The translations under genes and the position numbers were made by a program. The notes under the pieces were generated by a model. The model was not told where the DNA came from. It worked only from the letters and a program-made list of their open reading frames with translations, and searched no databases. Shown here in pieces: positions 1 through 16,079 of a stretch of DNA of 64,000 nucleotides. The stretch lies in NCBI RefSeq assembly GCF_009914755.1, contig NC_060931.1; one strand, given 5' to 3'. This DNA is from the human T2T-CHM13v2.0 reference genome, Homo sapiens. Positions within the stretch are counted from its first letter, which is position 1, and each line of letters begins with the position of its first letter.

Positions 1-3000
1 ACCCTGTAGGAAAGGACTCTATTTATTCAGTGAAAGAGTCTATTTAGACTAAGAGGTATTTTAGTTTCCTGACTCGGGCATGTTGAGTAAAGCTAATTTG
101 CCAGTCCTGGGTGGGGGCAAATCCTCCAGCTTGATGTGTAGGGAAGGGAGGGGGCCTGAATAATCCCTGAGGAGTAGTAGAATAGCAGATGGAACACTGA
201 GAAGTTATTTCCTTGAGGATAGATTTCCACGATGGAAAGGAAATGAGAGGTTCTCAGAGGCCGGCTAGTGGCTTGTACTATAGCATAGCCTACCTTTGCT
301 GGTGTGTGGCGATTAGGCCTGGTGGAACTGCCATCAATAAATCAAGCATGATCAGGGTGAGGAACAGGAAAGAAGGAAATATGGGGAAATAGGGTGAATA
401 TCAGGTGGATCAGAGAGATACAGTCATGGGGGTCAGGTGTGGTATCAGGAATAATGTGAGAGGCCAGATTGAAGTCCGGGCCAGGAACAATGGTAATTGT
501 GGGACTTAAAGAGTGAGTACAGCTGAAGGAGCCGGGGAGCAGAAAGTATATGTGTCAAGTATGAGGAAGAAAATAGATTTTGGAAGTTATGAGAAATGTA
601 GAGAGTGAGTTGAGCATAGTTTGTGATTTTTAGGGCCTCTAACATATTAAAGCAGCGGCAGCCGCCGCACGCAGACATGAAGGCTAGGCTAAAACAGTAA
701 GGTCGAGTTGTTTGGACAGAAAGGCTACAGGGTGCGGTCCTGGCTCTTGTGTAAGAATTCTGACCGCACTAACCATGCCTAGGAAGGAAAGGAGTTGTTG
801 TTTTGTAGAAGGTGCTGGGGTTTGAGAGATCAGTCGGACACGATTGGCAGGGAGAGCACGTGTGTTTTTATGAGAATTATGCCGAGATAGGTAACAGATG
901 AGGAAGAAATTTGGGCTTGATTGAAGTAATGGGGGCTGTCCGTGAAGCTTTGTGGCAGTACAGCCTAGGTAATTTGCTGAGCTTGATGGGTGTGAGGGTC
1001 AGTCCAAGTGAAAGCGAAGAGAGGCTGGGATGACGGGTGCAAAGGAATAGTAAAGAAAGCATGTTTGAGATCCAGAACAGAATAATGGGTTGTAGAGGCA
1101 AGTATTGAGGATAGGAGAGTATATGGGTTTGGCACCACGGGGTGGATAGGCAAAACAATTTGGTTGATAAGGTGCAGATCCTGAACTAACTTGTAAGGCT
1201 TATCTGGTTTTAGGACAGGTAAAATGGGGGAATTGTAAGGAGAGTTTATAGGCTTTAAAAGGCCATGCTGCAGCAAGCGAGTGATAACAGGCTTTAATCT
1301 TTTTAAAGCGTGTTGCGGGATGGGATCTTTGCGTTGAGTGGGGTAAGGGTGATTAGGTTTTAATGAGATGGTAAGGGGTGCATGATCGGTTGCCAAGGAG
1401 GGAGTAGAGGTATCTTATACTTGTGGGTTAAGGTGGGGGTATACAAGAGGAGGACGAAAAGGAGGCTTTGGATTGGGAAGAAGGGCGGCAACGAGATATA
1501 GCTGTAGTCTAGGAATAGTCAGGGAAGCAGACAATTTAGTTAAAGTGTCTCAGCCTAATAAGGGAACTGGGCAGGTGGGGATAACTAAAAAGGAGTGCTT
1601 AAAAGAGTATTGTCTAAGTTGGCACCAGAGTTGGGGAGTTTTAAGAGGTTTAGAAGCCTGGCCGTCAATACCCACAACAGTTATGGAGGCAAGGGAAACA
1701 GGCCCTTGAAAAGAAGGTAATGTGGAGTGGGTAGCCTCAGTATTGATTAAGAAGGGGACGGGCTTACCTTCCACTGTGAGAGTTACCCGAAGCTCGGCGT
1801 CCGTGATGGTCTAGGGGGCTTCCGAGGCAATTGGGCAGTGTCAGTCTTCAGCTGCTAAGCCGAGAAGATCTGGGAAGGAGTCAGTCAGAGAGCCTTGGGC
1901 CAGAGTTCCAGGGGCTCTGGGAGTGGCTGCCAGGTGAGTTGAACAGTCCGATTTTCAGTGGGGTCCCACACAGACGGGACGCGGCTTAGGAGGAATCCCG
2001 GGCTGTGGGCATTCCTTGGCCCAGTGGCCAGATTTCCGGCACTTGTAGCAAGCTCCTGGGGGAGGAGGTTCTGGAGGAACGCCTGGCCGCTGCAGTTCAG
2101 GCATTTGGAAGTTCTTGTGTGCTGGAGATGTGGCTGGGGTTTGTCTCACAGTGGAGGCAAGGAATTGCAACTTTTTTCTGTTATTGTACACCTTGAAGGT
2201 GAGGTTAATTAAGTCCTGTTGTGGGGTTTGAGGGCCAGAATTTAATTTTTGGAGTTTTATTTGATGTCGGGAGCAGACTGGGTAATAAAATGTATTTTGA
2301 GAATAAGACGGCCTTTTGACCTTTTAGGGTCTAGGGCTGTAAAGCGTCTCAGGGTTGCTGCCAACGAGCCATGAACTGGGCTGGATTTTTATATTCGATG
2401 AAAAAGAGCCTAAACGCTTCTGATTTGGGATAAAGAAAAAGGAGCATTAACCTTGACTATGCCTTTGGCTCCAGCCACCTTTTTACGAGTAAATTGCTGG
2501 GCAGGTGGGGGAGGGCTAGTCACGGAATGAAACTGTAAGCCGGACCAGGTGTGAGGAGGGGAGGTGATAAAAAGATTATAGGGTGGAGGAGCAGAGGCTG
2601 AGGAAGAATTGGGACCTAGCTCGGCCTGGAGAGGAGCAGCCTGGGGAGGAAGGGAGAGGTCAGATGGGTCTGTAGAAAAGGAAGATTAGAAAGACTCAGC
2701 GACGCTTGGGGTTGGTACTGAGGGGACAGGTGGGAGGGAAAGAAGGAAGATTTGGGACAAGTTGCACTGGGCACAGAGACTAGGAAGGGACTGATGTGTA
2801 AAAGAATGCCTGGACGTCAGGCACCTCAGACCATTTGCCTATTTTATGACAAGAATTATTTAGATCTTGCAGGATGGAAAAATTCAAAGTGCCATTTTCT
2901 GGCTATTTGGACAAATACTGTCAAGTTTGTATTGGGGTCAAGCGGCATTGCAGAAGAAAATAAGGCATTTAGGTTTTAGGTCAGGTGTGAGTTGAAGAGG

Positions 3001-3159
3001 TTTTAAGTTTTTGAGAACACAGGCTAAGGGAGAAGAAGGAGGAATGGAGGGTGGAAGGTTGCCCATAGTGAAGGAGGCAAACCCAGAGAAAAGAGAGCGT
3101 AGAGACACGGAGGGAAGGGGTTTGGGGGTTCTTACCCTCCCGAAAAGCAGGAAGGGGGG

Positions 3160-3440
3160 TCGGGGCATGGAAATAAGGGATTGGGGCACAGAGATAAGAG
3201 GTTGGGGCACAGAAATAAGGGATTGGGGCGCAGAGATACGAGGTTGGGGCATGGAAATAAGGGATTGGGGGATCTTGCCCCCTAGAAAAGCGGGACTTGC
3301 CGCTAAGGGTGAAGGAGAAGGGGTTGAGGGGTACTTGCCCCTCCCCCAGAAAAGCAGAAAAGGGGTAGAGACAAGGAGAGAAGGGGTTGGGGTACTTGCC
3401 CCTTCCCCAGAAAAGCGGGACTTGCCGCTAAGGGTGAAGG
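3160..3440. repeat. Tandem repeats in the HERV-H leader
   Basis: Repeated ~21-nt GGGGCACAGAGATAAGAGGTT / GGGGCATGGAAATAAGGGATT units, then repeated CTTGCCCC...AGAAAAGCGGGACTTGCCGCTAAGGGTGAAGG units. Confidence 0.8.
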
Positions 3441-3847
3441 ACCAAGGCAGGCATCCCTTCGTGGTCTGACACCTTTGAAACGTGGGTCAATAATCAGAGA
3501 GGCTTCCCTGCAATGATTAAACACCAAGGGAAGGCTGCCTTCCCAGTCTGTGACTGGCGCCGGAGTTTTGGGCCCACTGGTAAAATGTGTCTCCTTTGTC
3601 TCTCCCAGAAAATGAAAGGAATTGAAATTAAGAGAAGGGAGAGAATGAAGAGTGGAAAGGAGAAAGTGGTTGAGGGACAGTGAGAGAGGTTGGAGAAAGA
3701 GAGTAAGAAGAGGCCGCTTACCTGATTTAAAATTGGTGAGATGTTCCTTGGGCTGGTCGGTCTGAGGACCTGAGGTCGTAGGTGGATCTTTCTCATGGAG
3801 CAAAGAACAGGAGGACAGGGGATTGATCTCCCAAGGGAGGTCCCCTG

Positions 3848-3865
3848 ATCCAAGTCACGGCACCA
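3848..3865 (-). other. Primer binding site complementary to tRNA-His
   Basis: Minus strand reads TGGTGCCGTGACTTGGAT, one mismatch to the His PBS TGGTGCCGTGACTCGGAT, just downstream of the LTR end. Confidence 0.9.
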
Positions 3866-3867
3866 AA

Positions 3868-3974
3868 TTTCATGCGCGTCCATGTGAAGAGACCACCAAA
3901 CAGGCTTTGTGTGAGCAATAAAGCTGTTTATTTCACCTGGATGCAGGTGGGCTGAGTCCAAAAAGAGAGTCAGC
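3868..3974 (-). mobile_element. LTR7-type 5' LTR, R-U5 only (U3 missing)
   Basis: Minus strand GCTGACTCTCTTTTTGGACTCAGCC...AATAAA (3927-3932)...GACGCGCATGAAA. Similarity stops at 3974, with no TATA box or U3. Confidence 0.88.
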
Positions 3975-3980
3975 CAGTAA

Positions 3981-4061
3981 TTTTTTAAAATTATTATTAT
4001 ACTTTAAGTTTTAGGGTACATGTGCACAACGTGCAGGTTTGTTACATATGTATACATGTGC
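3981..4061 (-). mobile_element. Very short L1PA 3' end
   Basis: TTATTATACTTTAAGTTTTAGGGTACATGTGCACAACGTGCAGGTTTGTTACATATG is the reverse complement of a young L1PA 3' terminus. Confidence 0.85.
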
Positions 4062-4207
4062 AGCCTCAGCTTTTTTAAGACCAGGCTGCTGACACTTTTG
4101 CCAATATAATTCTCTCAGAAATATTATGTGTTTTCTATGTATTTGATTCCATTTAACTCCATGTGCCAAAAACACACCACAATTCTGGGTCTTAAAAAAA
4201 TGAAATA

Positions 4208-4530
<323 letters not shown>

Positions 4531-4559
4531 CTATATTTTTAGAACACATACGAGTCCCA

Positions 4560-5025
4560 ATGAACAGAGGTCTGTTGAGCCACAACGACAGAATTATGGT
4601 CCTTTACCTAATTCCCAGAAATGGTTCCATTAGACCCAGATCCCTCCAATGAAGGAGACTAGGTTACTTCAGGGATAAATACTGCTATAATAACCACAAA
4701 TGAGGTACATGAACCTTCTTCCAAGCCTTCGCCAAAGGGTTCTAGTACTACTTACTTGGTTTAAATAGCTGTGAAAAAATGCCCCAGACTTTCAGGAACT
4801 ACTGGATGCTGCCTCTGAGGAAATACTATTTCCCGAGGATGACCAATTACCACTGCTTCCCCCTATCAGAGAAAGGGCTCCTGAGACTCAAGAAACAAAT
4901 TGGATCCTGTCCAGTTTGCCTCAAAATAGGTCAAACAGTTCCCTGAACCCATATGGTTGTCATTCTCCTGGTTCTTGAATGTATATTTGGCAACGATATT
5001 CTTAACAATTGATAGAAGTCCGTTT
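4560..5025 (+). mobile_element. ERVL-type internal (protease region) remnant
   Basis: CAGACTTTCAGGAACTACTGGATGCTGCCTCTGAG resembles the ERVL LLDTGSE protease motif, followed by a degenerate VVISPVPECIIGIDIL-like stretch. Confidence 0.55.
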
Positions 5026-5834
5026 TCTGATAATTCAGAGAAGACATTCTCTTTCTTTTAAATGCCAGCCTCGAAAGTATTTAGAGAATATCTTCATATT
5101 TTTCCTCAGACTTTGATGCCTTAGAGTTTCTGATATCACATTCTTTCCTGAATATTCGCCTTGGGTCTTTTCCTCTGGGTGAGCTTGAACTGGTCAACAT
5201 GCTTGTTGAAATGGTGCCCAGAATAGCATGGATTATTTCAGAGATGATATGAAAAGGGAATATGCTTGGGGATTATTAGTTCCTGGGAAAGAAGCATTAC
5301 TAATGTAGCTAACATGGAAGTTTGTGTTTAAAGATATATCACGTTACTCATTTTCAACTTATGAACAACTAAAGGTACAGAGATTTTTCACTTCATTTAT
5401 TAACAAGACAGAGTTTTCCTATCCCATGCTTGTAAAATTGATTTTAAAAAATTTTTTAGGATAAAAAGTGACATATGTTCACTAAATGAAAGTTGAAAAT
5501 GTGAAAAAATGAAAAAAAAACCATCATCCATAAGAATAGGTGTCATTTTCTCAGCAATGTTTGCTCTTCATGATTTAAAAAAATACAAGCATGATTATAA
5601 AATTGAACATACTAATTCTAAAATTATTTTTTTCTGATAGAAGTAATATACAATATTACTAATAGTAGAAAAAAATTAAATATGGGAAAATATAAAGAAG
5701 ACAGCTTTTCCCACAAATGATATTGAGTATTTCTGCCTGTGTTTATTTGCCATCTGCATATCTTCTTTGGTAGAATGTCTAATAAAATATTTTGAACATC
5801 TTAAAAATCAAATTGTTCATTTTATGATTGAGTG

Positions 5835-8225
<2,391 letters not shown>

Positions 8226-10340
8226 TTCTTCATCAGAAATGCCTTTTGCAAATATTTTCTCCTGGTGTACAGCTTGTCTTCTAAGGTTCTGAACAGTGTC
8301 TTACAAGAGCAGAAGTTCTTAACTTTGATGAATCACTATCAATTTTATCTTCATGATTGAGATTAGATTTCATATCTAATAAGTCTTTGTTTAATCCAAG
8401 GTATCAATTTGTGGTCTTATGATTTCTTCTGAATTTTTATTTTTTCTTACACTTCAGTTTATGATTCATTTTTATTTAATTTTTACATATGGTGTGAAGT
8501 ATGGGTCAAGATTTAAAAAATTTTGCAAATGGATGTTCAATTTTTTCAGACCATCTGTTAAAAAAATTCTCTTTTCTGCACTGAGTTTTCTTTGTACCTT
8601 TATCAAATATTAATTGATAATTTATATGTGAGTCTTTATTTGGACTTTGTTTGGTTACAGTGATTTATGTGTCTGTCCTTTCACCAATATGACATTGTTT
8701 TGATTAATGTAGCTTTATACTTTAATCTTGATCTATACATCTTGATTAATGTGTCTTGAAATGAAATAATTAAGTCCTTGGGCTTTGTTCTTTTCAAAAT
8801 TATATCAGCTCTTGTAATTCCTTTGATTTTTTTCCATATAAATTTTAGAATTAACTTGTCAATTTCTCCAAAAAGAATATTGCTGGGATTTTTTGTAAGA
8901 TTGCATGGAATCTATGGAAGGTTAATTTATGATTAACGTTAGTAAATTAATATAACAATGTTGAGACTTGCAAATCTTGAATAACGAACATCTTGTATTT
9001 GTTTAGGCCTTTGATTTCTTTCACTGGCGTTTTGGAGTTTTCAATATGCAGATTGTACACTTGTATAAACATATTTTGTTAAATTTATACCAAAGTGTTT
9101 CTTATTTTTCTTATTATTATAATAGCACTGCTTGAAAATTTTCAGTTTCTACTGGTAGTATATAGAATGTAGACAGAAATGTGATTTTGTGTATTAAATA
9201 TACATTGGCCTTCTAACTATTGACCTTGCTAAATTTACTAATTAGTTCTAATACCTTTCTTGTAGATTCTTACAATTTTCTAAACATACAATCATGTCAT
9301 CTGCAAAGAGAAACATTTTTACTTCTTCTAATCTGTAGGTCTTTTTTTTTTTTTTTGAATTTCTTCTCTTATTGCACTTAGAATTTTCAGTGTGTCTAAA
9401 AAGAGTGGTAAGAATGGACTTCTCGTCCTTATTCCTGATCTTAGGGGCAAAACATTTGGTCTTTTAGCATTAACTCTGATGTTAGCAGCCCATTTTGTAG
9501 ATACTCTCCCTCAGTTTGAGGAAGTTCCTTTCTATTATTAATTGATGAGAATTTTTGTTATGGTTGGATTTCAAATTTTGTCCAGTGATTTTCTGCATCT
9601 TTTGAGATGAGCAATGTTTTTCTTCTTTTGTCTACTGATGTGGTGAACTAATTTAATTAACTTTTGAATGCTTAACTATCTTTTCACGATGAAATAAACC
9701 TCACTTGGTAATGATATATTATCTTTTTTTTACATATTGTTGGATTGTAAGTGCTAGCATTCGATTGAATATTTTCATATCTATGCTGTGAGGGATATTT
9801 CGTCTGTAGTTTTCTTATAATGTCTTTGTTTTTAATATCAGGTAATGCTGAGTTTATAAAATGAGCTGGGTGTCATTCCCTCCCCTTTTATCTTATGGAA
9901 AAAATTGTGTATAATTATATTACATTTTTCTGAAATGTTAGGAAAAACGTGTTAGTACAGCCAGCTGGACTTGAAGATTTTTCTTTGAGAATTTTAAGCC
10001 ACAAATTCAATTTCTTTAATGTATAGTAGCTTATTCAAGATACCTATTTCTTCTTCAGTGAGTATTGCTGCTGTGTCATGTATGACACATGTATGATTTA
10101 TTTTTATGTTTATAAATGACTAGGAAGGATCTGAAATAATTTTCTAACCTTCATTCCTAAAATTGATAATTTGTGTCTTCTCTCTTTTTATCTTGGCCGA
10201 TATGGCTAGTCACTATTAATTTATGGACTTTTTTCAAAGGAACAACTCTTTGGTCATTGGTTCTCTCTTTGCTTCTCTTTCATTGTTTTTCCAGTTCATT
10301 GTTTTCTTCTGGTATTTTTATTTCCTGGAAATTTTGGGTG
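8226..10340 (-). mobile_element. Old L1M ORF2 fragment (continues at ~5715-5833 on the other side of PAICS)
   Basis: Degenerate antisense L1 ORF2 motifs (TTTTGCAAATATTTTCTCC, GTTTGAGGAAGTTCCTTTCTATT). Confidence 0.75.
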
Positions 10341-10365
10341 GATTCCTGAGAATCAATATTGTAGG

Positions 10366-10643
10366 CCATTGTTTTTTTTTAAAACACTGTGACCTATAAT
10401 AACAAATACTTTTTATATCATATTTCATTATGTGCTCAAAAAGCCCATTTACATATAATTAAAACGAACTTTCACAAAACAACACTCAGCCATATTACAT
10501 GTGAGAAAGTATTTTTTTCAATTCAATTCTATTTTGTTCCAGCCTGGATGAATTCTCTTTTGTTAACAAGAAGCTGATCACAACCTGCTAAACTACCTTC
10601 ACAGACTACTGATTGTTAGTGACCTGCGGTTTGAAAAGCATTG
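10366..10643. mobile_element. hAT-Charlie-type DNA transposon remnant
   Basis: Ends resemble Charlie/MER termini (...GACCTGCGGTTTGAAAAGCATTG). Confidence 0.45.
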
Positions 10644-13600
10644 CCGAACATGATTCTGCTAACAAATCATGTATACAATGCTTGTGAGACCCTCTACTAT
10701 TTCTTTTTTCCTTTTATTGGTACATAGTGTTTTGCACATTTATGGGGGTACATGTGAGCATTTTTAATGTGCATCGAACATGTAACATCAAGTCAGGGTA
10801 TTTGGGGTATCCATCATACTGAGTATTTGTCATTTCTGCATGTTGGTAACATTTCAAGTTCTTTCTTCTAGCTACTTTGAAATATACAATATGTTGTTGT
10901 TAACTATAGTCATCCTAGTCTGCTATTGAAAATTAGAACTTATTTCCTCTATCTAACTGTAAGTTTGTGCTTCTTCATGAACCTCTTTTCCTTTCTCCCT
11001 CCGCCCACTCTCACACCCTCCCAAACTCTGGTGTCATATCTACCCGTCTATTGTCTACCTCCAGGAGAGCAAGGTTTTTAGTTCCTACATATGAGTAAGA
11101 ACATGTGGTATTTGTCTTTCTGTGCCTGGATTATTTCACCTGACATAATGACCTTTATTTCCATCCATGTTGCTGCAGATGACATGATTTCATTCTTTCT
11201 TATGAACAAATAGTATTTCATTGTGTATATATACCACATTTTCTTTATCCATTCACCCACTGATGAACACTTAGATTGAGTCCATACCTTTGCGATTGTT
11301 AAGTATTCCCTTTTCTATACATCCTTGCCAGCATCTGTTTTTATTTATTTATTTTTTGTCTTTTTAGGAATAACCATTCTCATTAGGATGAGATAATATC
11401 TCATCATGGTTTTGATTTGCATTTCTCTGATGATTAGAGATGTTGAGCATTTTTTAATATGCTTGTTGGCTTTTGTGTGTCTTCCTTTGAAAATTGTCTA
11501 TTCATGTCATTTGCCCACTTTTTAATTGAATTATTTGTTTTTTTTTATTGTTGAGTTGTTTGTATTCCTTGCATATTCTGGATATTAGTCCCTGGTTGGA
11601 TGAATAGTTTGCAACTACTTCCTCCCATTCAACAGTTTGTCTCTTCACTTTGTTAATTGTTTCTTTCACTGTGCAAAAACTTTTTTAGTTTACTATAGTG
11701 CTATTTGTCTATTTTTGTGTTATTTTTCTCTGCTTTTGAGGTCTCAGCCATAAAATCTTTGCCTAAACAAATATCCTGGAGTATTTTCCCTTTGTTTTCT
11801 TCTAGTGGTTTTATAGTTTAAGGTCTTACTTTTAAGTTTTTGATCCATTTTGAATTGATTTTTATATAAGGTGGAAGATAAGGGTCCAGTTTCATTCTTC
11901 TGCATGTGAATATCCCATTTTTTTCAGCACTATTTATTAAAGAAGGTATCCTTTCCTCAGTGTATGTTCTGGGCAACTTTGTTGAAAGTCTGTTGGCTGT
12001 AAATATGTAGAGTTATTTTTGGGTTTTCTATTCTCTTCCATTAGTTTCTGTGTCTATTTCTATGTCAATACCATGCTTTTTGGTTACTATAACCTTGTAC
12101 TATATTTTGAAGTCAAGTAGTGTGATGCCTTCTGCTTTGTACTTTTTGCTCAGGATTGTTTTGGTTATACTGGCTCTTTTTTTATTCCATATGAATTTTA
12201 GAATTTTGTTTTCTATTTCTGTAAAAAATGACATTGGTATTTTAATAAGGATTTTATTGAATCTGGATATTTCATTGGTCATTTTGACAATATTGATTCT
12301 TCTGATCCATGAGCATGGGATGTCTATTTGTTTATGTCTTCTTTAATTCATTTTAACAGTGTTTTACAGTTTTTCTTGTAGAGATCTTTTACCTGCTTGG
12401 TTAAATTTATTCCTAGGTATTTTTTTTTTTGGTAGCAATTGTAAATGGGATTGTCTTCTTGATTTCTCTTTTGGCTGTTTTATTATTGGTTATAGAAATG
12501 CTACTGATTTTTATATGTTGATTTTATATTTTTCAACTTTATTGAATTTGCTTATCATTTTTAGGTGGAATCTTTTTTTTCTAAATATAAGATTATTTCA
12601 TGTGCAAAGAGAGACAATTTGACTCCCTCTTTTCCAATTTGAATGCCTTTTATTTTTTACTCTTGTCTGATTTCTCTGTCTAGGGGAAATAGTATTTTTA
12701 GCATTATGTTGAATAGGAGTAGTGAAAGTGAGCATCCTTGTCTTGTTCTAGTTCTTAGAGAAAAGGTTTTCAACTTTTTGCCATTCAGTATGATGTTGGC
12801 TGTGGGTTTGTCATATATATGGCCTTTATTATTTTGAGGTATGTTCCCTCTATACCTAGTTTGTTGAGAGTTTTTATAATGAAATGATGTTGAATTTTAT
12901 CAAATGCCTTTTCTGCATCTATTGAAATGATCATATAGTTTTTGCCCTTCATTCTGTTCATGTGATGTGTCACATTTATTCATTTGCATATGTTAAACCA
13001 TCCTTGTATCCCTGGGATGAAACCCACTTGCTCATGGGGTACTATCTTTTTGACATGCTGTTAAATTCATTTTACTAGTATTTTGTGGAGAATTTATGTG
13101 TCTATGTTCATCAGGGGTATTGGTCTGTAGTTTTCTTTTTGTGTGTGTGTACTTGTCTGGTTTTGGTATCAGGGCAATGCTCACCTCCTAGAGTAAGTTA
13201 GGGAGAATTCCACGTTGTTTGATTTTTTGGAATAGTCTGAGGAGGATTGATATTAGTTCTTTATAGAATTTGAAAGTGAGTCCATCTTGTCCTGTGCTTT
13301 TCTTTGTTGGGAGTCTTTTTATTGCTGATTTAATGTCACTACTCATTATTGGTTTGTTCAAGTTTTCTATCTTTTCCTGATTCAATCTTGGTAGTTTGTA
13401 TGTTTCCAGGAATGTATCTATTTTATCTAGGCTTTCCAGTTTATTAGTGTATAGTTACTCATAATAATCTCTGATGATCTTTTATGTTTCTTTGGTATCA
13501 GCTGTAATGTCTCCTTTTTTATTTCTAATTTTGTTATTTAGTCCTTCTCTCTTATTTTCTTGGTTAGTCTAGCTACAGGTTTGTCAGTTGTGTTTATCTT

Positions 13601-14297
13601 TCTGAAGAACTTTTTGTTTTAATGATCCTTGTCTTTTAGTCTCTATTTTATTTAGTTCTCATCCTATCTTTATTGCTTCTTTTCTTCTGCTAATTTTGGG
13701 TTTGGTTTGTTCTTCCTTTTCTATAATAATTCTTTGAGGTGCATCATTACATTGTTTAATTGAAAACTTTCTACTTCTTTTGATGCAGATGTTTATTGGT
13801 ATAAATTTCCCTCTTAGTACTGCTTTAGTTGTATTCCACAGATTTTGGCATCATGTGTTTCCATTTTTATTTGTTTCAATAAATGTTTTTATTTCCATTT
13901 TTATTTCTTCAGTCAGGACCATGTTGTTTTATTTTTAGGTATTTGTATAGCTTCCAAAGTTGTTCTTTGTATTAATTTTTGGTTTTATTCCACTGTTGTA
14001 TGGGAAAATACTTAATATAATGTCAAGTTTTAAGAATTTGTTGAGACTTCTTCTTTTGTGGCTGAAAATATGATCTATCCTGAAAAATGTTCCACATGCT
14101 GAGTAGAAAAAAATGCGTATTCTGCAGTTGTTGAATAATATGTTCTGTAGGTGTGTCTGTTAGGTCCATTTGTTCTATAGTCCAGTTAAATTCAATATTT
14201 TTTAGTTGATTTTACATCTAGATGACCTGTCTAATGCTTAGAGTGGGGTGTTGAAGTCCCTCACTGTTGTTGTACTGGAATTTATCTCTCTCTTTAG

Positions 14298-15378
14298 TAT
14301 TGGGAGAACCAACCCCTGATAATTCATCATAGGTTCTTTTCTATTTTCTCTAAGTGTCGGCTGGTCTGAGAAATAAAGGGAAAGACTACAAAAGAGAGAA
14401 ATTTTAAAGCTGGGTGTCAGAGGGAGACATCACATGTCGGCAGGTTCCGTGATGCCCCCTGAGCGGTAAAACCAGCAAGTTTTTATTAGCAATTTTCAAA
14501 GGGGAGGGAGTGTACAAATAGGGTGTGGGTCACAGAGATCACATGCTTTAAGGGCAACAAAAGATCACAAGGCAGATGAGCAGGGCAAGATCACAAGTTC
14601 AGGGCAAAACTAGAATCACTAATGAACTTCCATGTCCTGCTGTGCATGCACTGTCACTGATAAACATCTTAACAGGGTTCAAGAGCAGAGAACTTGTCTA
14701 ACTAGAATTTGCCAGACTGGAATTTCCTAATCCTAGCAAGCCTGGGGGCGTTGCAGGAGACTAGGGCGTGTTTCATCCCTATCTACATCTGCATAAGGCA
14801 GACACCCCCAGAACGGCCATTTTAGAGGCCCCCCTGGAAATGCATTCTTTTCCCAGGGCTGTTAATTATTAATATTCCTTACTAGGGAAAGAATTCAGCG
14901 ATATTTCTCTTACCCGTTTTTGGTAAGGAGAGAAATATGGCTCTGTCCTGCCCGGCCCACAGGCAGCCAGACTTTAAGGTTATCTCCCTATTTCCCTGAA
15001 AATCACTGTTATCCTGTTCTTAAGGTGCCCAGATTGCATATTGTTCAAACACACATGCTCTACAAACAATTTGTGCAGTTAAAGCAATCATCACAGGTCC
15101 TGAGGCGACATACATCCCCAGCTTACAAAGATGATGGGATTAAGAGATTAAAGACAAGACAGGCATAGGAAATCACAAGAGTTTTGATTGGGGAAGTGAT
15201 AAATTTCCATGAAATCTTCACAATTTATGTTCAGAGATTGTAGTAAAGACAGGCTTAAGAAATTATAAAAGTATTAACTTGGGGAACTAATAAATGTCCA
15301 TGAAGTCTTCACAATTTATGTTCTTCTGCCATGGCTTCAGCCAGTCCCTCCAGTCGGGGTCCCTGACTTCCCACAACA
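14298..15378 (-). mobile_element. MER11 solo LTR (HERV-K11/HML-8)
   Basis: Minus strand starts TGTTGTGGGAAGTCAGGGACCCCGA..GCCATGGCAGAAGAACATAAATTGTGAAGA. 6-bp TSD CTTTAG at 14292-14297 and 15379-15384. Confidence 0.92.
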
Positions 15379-15771
15379 CTTTAGATCTAGTAATATTTGC
15401 TTTATGAATCTGGGTACTGCAATGCTAGGTGCATGTATATTTAAAATTATTATATCTTCTTGCTGAATCGATCTGTTTATCATTATATAATGACCTTCTT
15501 TGCCTTTTCTTACTATTTTTGACTTAAAGTCTCTTTTATCTGATATAAGTAAATCAACTTCTGCTCACATTTGGTTTAGGTTTGCATGGTATATCTTTTT
15601 CAATCCTTTCTCTTTCAGTCTGTGTGTGTCTTTACAAGTAAAATGTGTTTCTTGTAGGCAGCACATAGTTGGATCATATATACTTCTTTTAATCAATTAA
15701 GCCAGTCTGTATCTTTTAAGTGGAGAATTTAATCAATTTACATTTAAGGTTATTATTGATATGCGAAGTTG

Positions 15772-16079
<308 letters not shown>

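Larger units (their letters stand above)
1..3867 (-). mobile_element. HERV-H internal region (leader, degenerate gag-pro-pol), continues past the left edge
   Basis: Minus-strand ORF remnants: gag CCHC knuckle CYKCRKSGHWAKEC (1955-2191), protease LINTEAT (1550-1774), RT N-terminus LVQDL...YSVLDLKHAFF (965-1396). tRNA-His PBS at 3848-3865. Confidence 0.95.

Noticed and set aside
3011-3469. 152-aa ORF with repeated EIR(D/G)WG motifs
   Set aside because: Antisense translation of the HERV-H leader tandem repeat, with a TTG start.
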